From Tetramitus jugosus (lineage: Eukaryota; Protista; Heterolobosea), in assembly GCA_937625935.1 (NCBI GenBank), contig OW569352.1, positions 496,001 through 560,000 on the forward strand: a stretch of DNA of 64,000 nt, given 5' to 3'. Below are positions 1-10,155 of this stretch, piece by piece. Within the stretch, counting starts at the first letter, position 1. Each line of letters begins with the position of its first letter. The translations under genes were made by a program, and so were the position numbers. Under the pieces are notes generated by a model. It was not told where the DNA came from, made no database searches, and saw only the letters and a list, made by a program, of their open reading frames with translations.

Positions 1-422
1 GGAGGTTTGAAGTGGGTTGACCTTCGGGGCATGGATGAATTCTGCGCAAAGTCATTTCTTGTCACAAAAATCAAATAAAAAAGAGATTGCCTGAAATTGC
101 TCGAAGTGAAAGATGAAGGACACAGCAACGATTTTTGGAACCCAAATGACCACAATACCTGTTTTTTAAATTTGATAGTGTTTTGGGTGACAATTTGCTT
201 GTTTTCCAGCAGAGCTCTGTTTTGTCGATGAATAGAGATACTTTCTTGAGCCTCTCCAGATACCACAGGCCGCGAACTTTTAGAATGAATCTCAACAATA
301 GCCTGGAGTTCTCTCCGATTAGCGCACGACAGAAACAGCGATATTGTATTCTGTTTTTAGTTATTCCTCCGGAAAGTTGCCCGCCATCAAAAACAACTTT
401 GGACCTAAAAAAATCGAGACCA

Positions 423-713
423 ATGCAACCACGTTCTCTGGGTCAAGTGAGACACATTGTAGGAACAAATTTCCAATCTTGGAAACTGTATCGCACTGTG
501 CTGAGACATCTACCAAAGTTGCCACACGAGAGCTACGACTATTATCATGACTTTGCAAAACAACACTTTTTGGCTCATCAGGACGAAGAAGCTTCAAGAG
601 CTGAAGAGTTGATACAGAGAGGCTACTTCAATTTCAAGTGGGTGTTGGCAAAGTATGGCGTAGAAGTGGATGAGAGTGCGATCATCCCAGAGCAATACAG
701 ACAATCATCGTGA
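423..713 (+). CDS. LYR-motif protein (LYRM9-like, mitochondrial)
   Basis: From ATG at 423 inside ORF 183..713: KLYRTVLRHLPKLP...YYHDFAKQHFLAHQDE...ELIQRG...WVLAKY, a typical Complex1_LYR pattern; 96 aa. Confidence 0.7.
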   Translation: MQPRSLGQVRHIVGTNFQSWKLYRTVLRHLPKLPHESYDYYHDFAKQHFLAHQDEEASRAEELIQRGYFNFKWVLAKYGVEVDESAIIPEQYRQSS

Positions 714-812
714 TGATGGTCATTAAAATTTTGTTGTTGTGTTTTAGATCAATAAAGGTGCGTTGTTTTTTTGATGTTATTTATTGGTACATGCACACAG
801 ACGTGGTATTAT

Positions 813-2587
813 TTAATATTCTTCTTCGTATTGTGGTTCAATTGCGGCCAAATCTTCGCTGATTAGGGATGTAGAACCTAGATTGATCAGATTACGAGTT
901 GAGGAAGGAATGATTGTTGCCTGTAGAACGTTCTTGGACATGCTCATTACCTTCATGTATTCAATGTATCTGTCACCAGCAGCACCATCGAGCAAGTTCA
1001 TTTGAGATCTCATGTTTTCCAGCTGAAGGTTAAGTTTGGATTGATGAAGCAAGGATTGGGCCAAAGCTTCACTGGTTGCCTTTTCAAGCAGTGCTTTTCC
1101 TTCAATCCTTGCCTTTTCAATCTTCTCTTTTGTCAGATTATTGTTCTCGATCTCAATGAGATTCTTTCTGAGCTTACTCAAGTTGGTCTCACTTTCAATC
1201 CTCTCCATCTCTGCTTGAGTTTCAGCAGTGTCGTTCAGCTTAGAGCACATGATTCTCATGGATGCCTTAATGGAGTTCTCAAGCAATTGCTCAATCTCTT
1301 TATCCACTGGCTTTATCGCTCTCACATCAATGGAGAACACCAAAAAGTTAAATTCACTGAACAGTCGACCTGTCACAGTCTCGATGACCTTCTTTCCCTG
1401 TTTTGTAACCTCGAGGTTGTACTCCTTGAACAACTTGTCTCTCAACAATTGAGATGAATTAGTGTGGAAATGTTCAAAATCGTTCTTGGACGACTCTTCA
1501 CGGATACGACTTCTCAAACTCTGGCAACTGTAGCCAACAAAGTCACCTGCAAAGATCTTGTGCAAGTTCGCATCATCCAGAATAAACTTCCACTTGTAAG
1601 CCACAGTCAAGTTCAATACTGCATTGTCCTTGGTTCTCACTTCGAATTGATCAGTCATGAAATCAATTCCCAGGCCAATGTTGCACACTCTGATGACGTT
1701 CTCACGCTTTGGGACACCACCTGAAAGGTTGATAACCTTGACAGCTTCATGAGGACCCAACAAGATGCGATCTGGTCCCAACACATACCTCTCCTTGCTT
1801 TTCTTGTAGTCAGTGACACAGACGCATTGATTCTTTTGTAACTGAATAGAGTAAGCATTGGATCTAGATTCGTATGGCAACTGAAGTGCATCATACTCCT
1901 CGTCAGTCAAACTCTTGAGATACTCTTCTTCATTGACTGCGAGAACATAGGACAATGGACCACGCACCATCTTCAGTTCACTCGTGTCCAAATTTCTCAC
2001 ATACACTGCTTCATTGTCCGAGATGTTAGTGGCATCTCGAATAAACTTTTTTGGAACGACAGGTGGAACAACAATCTTCTCATGCTTCTTTGGTATGAAT
2101 AGAGTAGGTCCCTGTACAGTGTACAATTCTCCAGCCTTGCGATCCTTACCAGATTCTTCGTCACTAAAGTCGTCCATTGCCTCAATCACCAAGTACTGAT
2201 TCTTGTTCAACAAACATGCGTTCATTGGCTTCGTGGTCAACTCTTCACCAGGAAACAGAGAAAAGGTCTTTGGTCCCTGAACAACAATTGATTTACCCAT
2301 GTCACACACTTGTTTCTCTGCATTGTATGGATTACTCAACATGCAGTATTGATCCTCTCTAAAATTCACATCATGTGAGCACAACCTGCGTCATGAGTTG
2401 AAACAACTGAAAAAAACCAACAAATTACTTACCTCAATGTAATCTTCTGCTTCTTGGCTCCGACCATACTCTTATTGGCAGGCAAAACAAATCTCAATGG
2501 ACCTTCCAAGAGCTCTGCAGTACCAGTCTCATTGTTCACTACATGAGCATACTCATTGTCATATAAAATATCAGTTACTACGGACAT
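813..2587 (-). CDS. Short major vault protein-like paralog A (5 repeats + shoulder + shortened cap helix), about 566 aa, 2 exons
   Basis: Exon1 2587..2433, GTAAGT intron 2432..2359 ending TTTTAG, exon2 2358..813; splicing restores KITLR-EDQYCMLSNPY. MVP motifs: NEAVYVRNLDT..GP..YVL..NEE, LGPHE..VINLSGGVPKR, LGIDFMTD.FEVRTKDNAVLNL.VAYKW, DFVGYSCQSLRSRIR, SIDVRAIKPVD. Confidence 0.85.
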
Positions 2588-2879
2588 TGTTATTCTACTT
2601 ATTGTTCTTTGTGTGATTGGTTGTTCTCTTTTTCGTCCTTGTCTGTGATGTTCTTTGTCCCTGTGGCGGCTCAACCAGACTCCCTGCTGTTTGGAACTTC
2701 TTTGACAGATCAGGATGAACTTCCAGAGGGACCAGATCAAGGGACCCAACAACTATTCTTGTGGGCGAACTTTGTGTCTATGTTCTTCCACCTACGCACT
2801 CAATTCTGATTGACAAAATAAACCAACATCAAAAACCTTTGACGAAAACACAATCTATATACATAACAACAACAACAAC

Positions 2880-4445
2880 ATGTCACTCTTTTTACTCTAC
2901 CAGAACCAATACGTTCACATTCTGAACAATGACACTGCAGAGGTTCGAACTGAAATCGGTCCTCAACGTATCATCCTCAAGGGTAACGAAGTCTGTAACA
3001 AGATTAATGACTCACTGATTGTCAATGAACGACAATATGCTGTCATCAAGAATCCATTTGATCTCACAAGCAAAAAGTACTTGATGGGTGAGAGAGAAGT
3101 GAGAGTCGGTCCTTGTGTCATCTCTCTACATGCCAGTGAGCAACTCGAAGGTGTTCGCGATATTCATATCCTGAGAAGAAATGAAGCTCTGAGATTGGTC
3201 GCACTGAGAGATCATGAAGGAATGATGGCTGGTCAAGTGTGGCAAGTAGAAGGTCCATGCAAGTACATTCCAAACAAGCACACTGAAGTCAAGAAGAAGG
3301 TTACTTCCATCTTGGTCAATGACAATGAAGGATTGTACGTTCAGAATATTGACACATCAGAGAAAAAATTGGTGTTGGGTCCTTGTGCCTATCTGTTGGC
3401 TGCCAATGAGGAAGTGTACAAGAAGAACTATAGTGAAATGGAGAAGAGATCATTGAATTTGCCTAATGATCCTTCTGAGCAAGCTACTGTCATTCACTTG
3501 AAGAAGAATGAAGCCGTCTGTATTTTAGACAATGAGAAGAATGAGAGAATTGTTCAAGGATTGGGTTCTGTGATCCTGGGACCAGAAGAATATGTCAAGT
3601 GCTTGCATCTGTCTGCAGGAAAGCCAAAGATTCCCAAGCAAGTGTGCGCAGCAAAGATTTATCTCGGTCCTGATTTCACATCAGACAAGTTCGAGATTCG
3701 AACCAAGGACAATGCTCAACTGAGACTCCATTTGACTTACAAGTGGGAATTCTTGGTTGGAGAAAGTGACTCATGGAAGGTGTTTAGCTCTGATTTCATT
3801 GGTTATGCTTGCTCCAGTCTCTGTAGCAAAATTAGAGAAGCAACTGCCGGTTACACGTTCGAAGAGTTCCATGGCAACACAGTAACCATCATGAGACGTG
3901 TATTGTTCCAGGACAACAAGATTGTGATTGAAAATGAGGAGAGAAATGTTCATGGACTACTGTTTGATGAAATTAATCTGTTGATCAGTGAAGTTGATGT
4001 GAAAGAGATATCACCTGTGAATGAGGAAATCAATCGATTGCTCAACGAGTCCATCAAGACCAACATGAAGGTTGTTTGCTCCAAAATGGAGAATGAAGCC
4101 AAGAGAGAATCAGAAATCAAGAAGATTCAAGCTCAGTCAGAGATTGCCAAACTCACTGAAAACTTGATTGACATCCAGAATGAAAATATGGATCTTGATC
4201 AAGTGACCAAGGCTAGAATCGATGGTCAAGCACTGTTAGAGACTGCAAAGGCACAAAAGGAAGCTTCCGAGTTGAAGGAGAAGACAAAGATGAATCTGGA
4301 GACCGAGCATATGAGATCCATGATCGCTCTGCTCAGCACTGAGAACGGTGTTAAACTTCTTGACCTCAAAAGAGCTGAAAATTTGACTCAAGTCAAGAAG
4401 AACATCTACATGGCAAGTGACAGCAAAGTTCAAGTTTCCCTGTAA
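2880..4445 (+). CDS. Short major vault protein-like paralog B (5 repeats + shoulder + shortened cap helix), 521 aa
   Basis: QYVHILNNDT..VRTEIGP (R1-like), NEGLYVQNIDT (R8-like), LGPEEYV..LHLSAGKPK and LGPDFTSDKFEIRTKDNAQLRLHLTYKWEF (R9/shoulder), DFIGYACSSLCSKIR, EVDVKEISPVN, then a long helix. Confidence 0.88.
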   Translation: MSLFLLYQNQYVHILNNDTAEVRTEIGPQRIILKGNEVCNKINDSLIVNERQYAVIKNPFDLTSKKYLMGEREVRVGPCVISLHASEQLEGVRDIHILRRNEALRLVALRDHEGMMAGQVWQVEGPCKYIPNKHTEVKKKVTSILVNDNEGLYVQNIDTSEKKLVLGPCAYLLAANEEVYKKNYSEMEKRSLNLPNDPSEQATVIHLKKNEAVCILDNEKNERIVQGLGSVILGPEEYVKCLHLSAGKPKIPKQVCAAKIYLGPDFTSDKFEIRTKDNAQLRLHLTYKWEFLVGESDSWKVFSSDFIGYACSSLCSKIREATAGYTFEEFHGNTVTIMRRVLFQDNKIVIENEERNVHGLLFDEINLLISEVDVKEISPVNEEINRLLNESIKTNMKVVCSKMENEAKRESEIKKIQAQSEIAKLTENLIDIQNENMDLDQVTKARIDGQALLETAKAQKEASELKEKTKMNLETEHMRSMIALLSTENGVKLLDLKRAENLTQVKKNIYMASDSKVQVSL

Positions 4446-4625
4446 CCAATAAAAACCCGTCCGACTGAACTGCCCTAAAAGGCCAAAAAGTTTTTCCTCC
4501 GATAATCAAACCGGACCTTTGGCGGGGCATGCTGCATCACCTGTCAAGGTTGTTCCTGATTTTCTGTCAATTTTTTAACCATGCCCGAAAGTTTCTGAAA
4601 GAACCACCAAACAAGCATTAATGAC

Positions 4626-5720
4626 ATGTCGAACCAATCATGGTTTCCCCAACACCAACAACAACCTCAACCTCAACCTTTGAATATGAACAGAGAAAAT
4701 GTGTACCATCATCCCCACCCTTCTTCGTCTCGCTACCAACAAGTGAGCGACCAATCAATCATGCAACAATTGCTCCACTCTAGTCACACCCATTCAAATA
4801 ATAATAATAATGAAGGTAGTGGTGTTCAAGCTTACCATATTCATTCACAACCACTACCCCAACAAATTCAATACTACTCCCAAACAAGCAACAATGGTAG
4901 CACAAGTGAACAACAACCATTACAAATGAACAACACCTCACAACAACAACAACAACAACAACAGTATCCCCTTTCCGTAGTGGGTACTTCTCCTCCATCG
5001 CCTTGCTTGTCATCTACGGCGCAACAATTTTCTCAAATGACTATGGCGAATGAACCCGCAAGGACACGACCCTATGATGTCCATGTACACCCCAACAGCA
5101 ACAATATGTCGAATGATGCATATTCCATTCATTCAGGAGCTCAGGAAATGATAACCAATCATCATCCATATCATTATTACTATACCAACAACACAAGTCA
5201 TGTACAACAAGAACAACCAAGTCATGCTTTGCTCTCGACCGAACAGCATTTCAACTTGGAACAAGAGCGCAAACGAAATAGCGTGTATGCTCTTCAACAG
5301 GTCGCAATGAGTCTTCCATCCCCTTCACTACAGTTGAATGAGATGGATGATGAGCTCATTCGTTATTCAGAGTCAATGCTCAGTCGATGTTCGGAACCGA
5401 ACAGGAATACGAACAACAATAGCCATCATATGATATCATTAGAAGACCAAAACAAGAAGATTGAAAAGATTGAGCGATTGAGTCTCTTCCGAAAGGAATT
5501 GATCGATTCTCTGTTTCATTTGTTGCAAGTCCAGCGCCAAAATCAGGACAACTTGCAGCAATGGATCATTGATCAACAACAGCTGCAACAACAACAGTAT
5601 TTACAACAACAACAACAACAAACAGTGTCGGATGCTGGAAATGACAATAACATCATGTGGAATGATTCAATAGAAGAATCCATGTTACCCATGTATGATT
5701 TCAATCATCCGCTCGAATGA
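4626..5720 (+). CDS. Hypothetical Q/N/H-rich low-complexity protein
   Basis: 364-aa ORF with poly-Q/N tracts and one predicted amphipathic helix near the C-terminus; no recognised domain. Confidence 0.55.
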   Translation: MSNQSWFPQHQQQPQPQPLNMNRENVYHHPHPSSSRYQQVSDQSIMQQLLHSSHTHSNNNNNEGSGVQAYHIHSQPLPQQIQYYSQTSNNGSTSEQQPLQMNNTSQQQQQQQQYPLSVVGTSPPSPCLSSTAQQFSQMTMANEPARTRPYDVHVHPNSNNMSNDAYSIHSGAQEMITNHHPYHYYYTNNTSHVQQEQPSHALLSTEQHFNLEQERKRNSVYALQQVAMSLPSPSLQLNEMDDELIRYSESMLSRCSEPNRNTNNNSHHMISLEDQNKKIEKIERLSLFRKELIDSLFHLLQVQRQNQDNLQQWIIDQQQLQQQQYLQQQQQQTVSDAGNDNNIMWNDSIEESMLPMYDFNHPLE

Positions 5721-6782
5721 ACCGCAAGAACACAACAAAGGAAGAATGAAATGTGGAGAGATTCGATTCCCAGAAACTTTTTGGGAATACCAAACCTCTG
5801 ATCCCCGCTCCATCATTGCGATTTGCATAGTTACGCGGAATCAGAGCACCATAAAAAAAATTCCCGAGCGCATGTTTTGAGCACCAAGGATCGCGAAGAG
5901 ACCAAATTTTTGTTTTCAAGAGCTCATTCACCCGGAAGGGCAAACATTGTATCTCTCATTCACATAAATTCACAAAGATACACTTCTTTGTGCGCACAAC
6001 AACAAACCTAAAAAAACTAGGAACAATTTATCACTAAAAAAAAACGAAACCATACCTCATATCATGACAGATTGTTCTAAATCTTTGCACAACAGGAACA
6101 GTTTCACTCACATGTCTCTTGTGGGAAACTACGAGTATCAAACGGTGGCTGGAAGGCGCAGTACATCTTTGATGCATAACCGAGAGGGTAAGCCAGAGGA
6201 TTCAAAGGAGATTCATACTCTTCCTGCTTCCTCTTCATCTCTGACTGATACCTCCTCGAGTGCAGTTTCACCTCTTGTGATGTGCTCTGGTTGTTGTACC
6301 GCTTTTGCTGATGTGGACAATCAACATAGGTGTCACTGGTGGATAAACTTTGTTTTGTTTGGCTTCCTGTCGATGCTTGGACCTCTGTCAATTCTGTTTC
6401 TCCACCTGGAGCAGACGAATGGTGGTGGTTAAAGTGAAACGTTCGCTTGAACAGGTTTCCACTCAGAAATGTGAGTCGCTGCGACGTACTCACTCCGCCT
6501 CACTTCCGCAAACTCAAGTTGACCAAAACTGAAAAAGAAACGATTACTCTTCGGAGTAATACTCTTTTGGTATTTGATGCGCTACGATGTATTCGCGGAA
6601 GGTCAACCAATAAGGTTTTAGGAGCGACGGATTCTAGCTTGGTTTTTCTAACAAAGTCATGAAGAAATTCCCTGAATTCATCCTTGCCTGGGCTGATGAT
6701 ATCATCACACACCAAACCCCCAGGTTATTCCCACAGAAATAAAAATTTCACAGTCCCCCAAAAACACAAACCAACATTCTGA

Positions 6783-7904
6783 ATGCACAAAATGACTCGT
6801 TCCAACATTCTGGCTCTCCTGTTGTTCTCAAGTTTTATTTGCCTATGGCATTCCATCGTTGCCCATGACGGTTTCCATTCCTGCCAACCCATGTCACTCA
6901 AGAGAAGTGACATGACTGCTGTCACTATCGGAGATTTAATCTACGTGGTTGGTGGTTGCGTGCAGGACCAAGATGCTTTTACAAGTGGCGGTTGCACTCT
7001 TTTGACTGGCGCCCTCGAAATTTACAGTCCCGCCAAAGACACCTGGAAGAACGGAACTGATGCTCCGCTCGCTCGCTACCGCCACACGAGTGCTGTAGCT
7101 CCAGACAGCAAGATGGTTGTGATTGGTGGTCGTGACGACAAGGATATTGTGATCACAAGTGTGGACGTGTATGACACAATCAAGGAAACTTGGACTTCTG
7201 GTCCTGCGCTGCCTGTCGAACACCAAACCTCTGATGGTTACTCTTGGGTCTTTGGTTATGTTGTGTACTATGCTGGTGGTTACTATCAAGATTACTCTTC
7301 GAGTGCCAATGTGATCTCATGGGACATGAAGACTTCACCAAACGGACCATGGAAGGTAAATGCAACTGCTCCTATGCTAACCTCTCGTGGTGACTTCGGT
7401 GCCACTGTCATTGATGACAAGGTCTATGTATTTGGTGGTTTCAACGAAGACGACTTTTGCACTCCTTTGAACAAGACTGAGTCCTACAATCCATCTACCA
7501 ACCAATGGTCTATTGTGGCTGATATGAACGTCGGAAGAGGCGATATGGCAGAAGCTGACTCTCAATCTAGACTGTTTGTGATTGGTGGTGAGAGAAAAGA
7601 TAAAGGATGCGTTCACTCTGCTCCTATTCGCGATGTTGAGATGTATGACGTCAAGAGCAATACCTGGACAGTGAAACCTTCGTTGCCAGACTCTAGAATG
7701 AGATTTGCAGGAACAGCATACAAGGACTACATTTTCACATTCGGAGGACAAAGAGAAGATGAAAATGACAAACATCAAGTGATTAGCGATGTCAGTTCGA
7801 TGCATGTCCATGTGGAAGCCAACAGCGCATCACTACTCACTGGTTCTTCATTGATGATGACTGTCATCACGGTGGCAACTGTCATCATTTCTTTCTTGCT
7901 CTAA
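6783..7904 (+). CDS. Kelch-repeat beta-propeller protein with signal peptide and C-terminal hydrophobic (GPI/TM) tail
   Basis: Six kelch repeats (IYVVGG, MVVIGG, VYYAGG, VYVFGG, LFVIGG, IFTFGG with Y..P..W); hydrophobic N-terminus ILALLLFSSFICLW; C-terminus NSASLLTGSSLMMTVITVATVIISFLL. Confidence 0.85.
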   Translation: MHKMTRSNILALLLFSSFICLWHSIVAHDGFHSCQPMSLKRSDMTAVTIGDLIYVVGGCVQDQDAFTSGGCTLLTGALEIYSPAKDTWKNGTDAPLARYRHTSAVAPDSKMVVIGGRDDKDIVITSVDVYDTIKETWTSGPALPVEHQTSDGYSWVFGYVVYYAGGYYQDYSSSANVISWDMKTSPNGPWKVNATAPMLTSRGDFGATVIDDKVYVFGGFNEDDFCTPLNKTESYNPSTNQWSIVADMNVGRGDMAEADSQSRLFVIGGERKDKGCVHSAPIRDVEMYDVKSNTWTVKPSLPDSRMRFAGTAYKDYIFTFGGQREDENDKHQVISDVSSMHVHVEANSASLLTGSSLMMTVITVATVIISFLL

Positions 7905-8002
7905 ACAGATCAATACAAGCTAAAATTCAAATACAAGCAGAACAGAACTGCCGGAGTAAAAAATAACACAATGTAGCGAATAAGAACAAAAAGCATGATT
8001 GT

Positions 8003-8746
8003 TTAATCCTTTTCAGCAATCGAAGTCAACACAGCCTCCACCTTGTCATCAGTCAACACAGTGAACGCAGTTCCTTGCTTCTCGTCATCGCGCCTCACAA
8101 CAGCCACTTCCAATTCGGATGCCTTAAACTCTGCACTCAACACTGTTTGCAGTGTAGTAATGGCCAATTGTACAGTTTCTTCATAGCTCAAATCCGTCTT
8201 TGTCTTCAATTTTTTCTCCAAAAAGTTCATGGATTCAGTTTCCTTTTGACCTGCGGCCGTGGCCAAATAACCAATATAGTAACCCGCTGGATCCACCTTG
8301 TACAATTGTGGTCCACTCTCTTCATCAATACCAATCAAGAGCATATTGACACCCATGGGTCTCATTCCAGCATACTGTGTAAACAATTGAGCCAAATCGG
8401 CCATCTTCTTTGCCAAGAATGCAACAGGAATCTCATAACCATTGTCAAATTGGAATTTTGCAGCTTCGTAACGTGCACGTTGAACCTTGCCTCTCGCATC
8501 GGCAATCAATCCAGTCATCACACAACCAATGTTGTCTGTAATCTTGAAAACGTGTGTAATGGAATCGGCCTTCAACATCTTGTCTGGAACCTTCTTCTGT
8601 GTTACAATACAGACGCAGTCCTTACCACGGACGCCGACAGATGTGACACCTGGTGTTTTAATGGCTTTGAATGCATATTCGACTTGGTAGAGTCTACCTT
8701 CTGGTGAGAAGATGGTAATGTATCGATCGTAACCAGCGCTTGACAT
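8003..8746 (-). CDS. PSMA6: 20S proteasome subunit alpha type-6 (alpha1)
   Basis: [26 protein letters not shown]; QKKVPDK; YKVDPAGYY. Confidence 0.95.
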   Translation of the reverse strand: MSSAGYDRYITIFSPEGRLYQVEYAFKAIKTPGVTSVGVRGKDCVCIVTQKKVPDKMLKADSITHVFKITDNIGCVMTGLIADARGKVQRARYEAAKFQFDNGYEIPVAFLAKKMADLAQLFTQYAGMRPMGVNMLLIGIDEESGPQLYKVDPAGYYIGYLATAAGQKETESMNFLEKKLKTKTDLSYEETVQLAITTLQTVLSAEFKASELEVAVVRRDDEKQGTAFTVLTDDKVEAVLTSIAEKD

Positions 8747-9046
8747 GTTTTAATGTTGTTGTTGTTGTTGAAAATATGATATATGGGACACTTAGTTGGC
8801 GATTGTCTGTTTTGTACAAGTAATAACTCAAACTTTTTTATCGAAAGAGGATAGTATATGGATGAGATGTTTTTTTGAATGAATTTGTTGTTGTTTGGCG
8901 AGATCAAGCACGACGGAGAGAGAAGTCTCATAAAATATTCTATTCATAGTTTTTTCCATTTCTCGATATTGTAAGTTTGGCGTTTACAATTTCATTTTGC
9001 CGCTAGAAAATACAAACTCCGACCGAAGAAAACAAGTTCAGAAAGA

Positions 9047-9898
9047 ATGAAACGAAAGTATGATGAATCGACACCAGAGGATGATGAAGAGAAAAGCACA
9101 AATGTAGATTATACTGATATTGATGTTGCATCCGACGAATCTGAAGAATCAGACAACGAACAAATCGAATCAGCTCATGTCACAACACCAGTTGATGATA
9201 ATAGTAACAAGCGAAAGAAATTGATGAACAACGAAGATGACGAAGATGATGAAGAAGACTATGATGATGACGATGAGGAGGAAGAAGAAGAGGAAGAGGA
9301 AGACGATGAAGAAGACGACGAAGATGAAGATGGTGATGAGAAGAAGCAGAAATCAAGTGCCGAAGAGGCATTATCATTGAACAATATGAACCAAAAGCGA
9401 AATTCTATAACGTCGTCCAGAGCAGAGGACGAGGAGGAAGAAGAGGAGGATGATGAAGAAGCAGCACTAGAGGAGGAAGGACAGACTTCCGCTCCTTCGC
9501 ATCCACTTGTGAAAAAATCACATCATGAAGTTGATGATGATAGTGTACAGTTGGCCAGTCCTGGTACTGGTAGTCAAGGAGTTGGTGCTGCATCAAAGAT
9601 GGTCACTGATGTCAAGATGTTGTCTTCTAAAGAGAAGGCTCGGTTGAAGCGTCAACAGCTTCTCGACGAAACTATAGACAAACTGTTGAGCAAGTCGAGA
9701 GAGTTGAAGAATGCTCAGGATTCAATGAGAAATCGGAAGAAATGTGTGAGACCGTATGAGCCTTATAGCAAAAAGGGAGTGCCTGTTGCGAGGATGGTGT
9801 ACACACGTGGCGATTCCTATCTCATTGTTCCTGAGGATGTGACTCTATTCCCACCAAAGCCTGTACATGTGAAACGAACAAAAACACAAACTGAATAA
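9047..9898 (+). CDS. Acidic nuclear protein, possible INO80 subunit B (Ies2/PAPA-1)-like
   Basis: Long D/E tracts followed by ARLKRQQLLDETIDKLL...ARMVYTRGDSYLIVPEDV, resembling the PAPA-1 region. Confidence 0.45.
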   Translation: MKRKYDESTPEDDEEKSTNVDYTDIDVASDESEESDNEQIESAHVTTPVDDNSNKRKKLMNNEDDEDDEEDYDDDDEEEEEEEEEDDEEDDEDEDGDEKKQKSSAEEALSLNNMNQKRNSITSSRAEDEEEEEEDDEEAALEEEGQTSAPSHPLVKKSHHEVDDDSVQLASPGTGSQGVGAASKMVTDVKMLSSKEKARLKRQQLLDETIDKLLSKSRELKNAQDSMRNRKKCVRPYEPYSKKGVPVARMVYTRGDSYLIVPEDVTLFPPKPVHVKRTKTQTE

Positions 9899-10155
9899 AA
9901 ATTTCGTTTGTATTTGCATTTGCCGCCTTTTCCCTCTTTTTCGAATTAAAAAGCGCGCCAAATTCTTTAAAACCAACAAAATCTGGCGGTTGATATCCTT
10001 GTGTTCTGATTTGATTGTTTTCACTGTATTCGTTCATCTGGTAGCTTTAAGTTTTGATAGATTGAACTCCTCACTCGTCAAGATAGCCTTACACATTGTT
10101 CTGGACCTGTCATTTTTGAATTGAACGAAGAGAACGTGTGAATTTCGAGAACATT

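Noticed and set aside
2359-2432. Apparent split or frameshift of MVP-like A into two ORFs (pseudogene?)
   Set aside because: Explained by a canonical GTAAGT...TTTTAG intron that restores the frame.
5718-5880. Possible TGA (Sec) readthrough or frameshift extension of ORF 4626..5720
   Set aside because: The downstream frames give no recognisable domain or redox motif, and I saw no SECIS.
6064-6532. Overlapping short ORFs on both strands, with a possible in-frame intron at 6188-6265
   Set aside because: No recognisable domain and no consistent gene model; I cannot choose a strand or frame.
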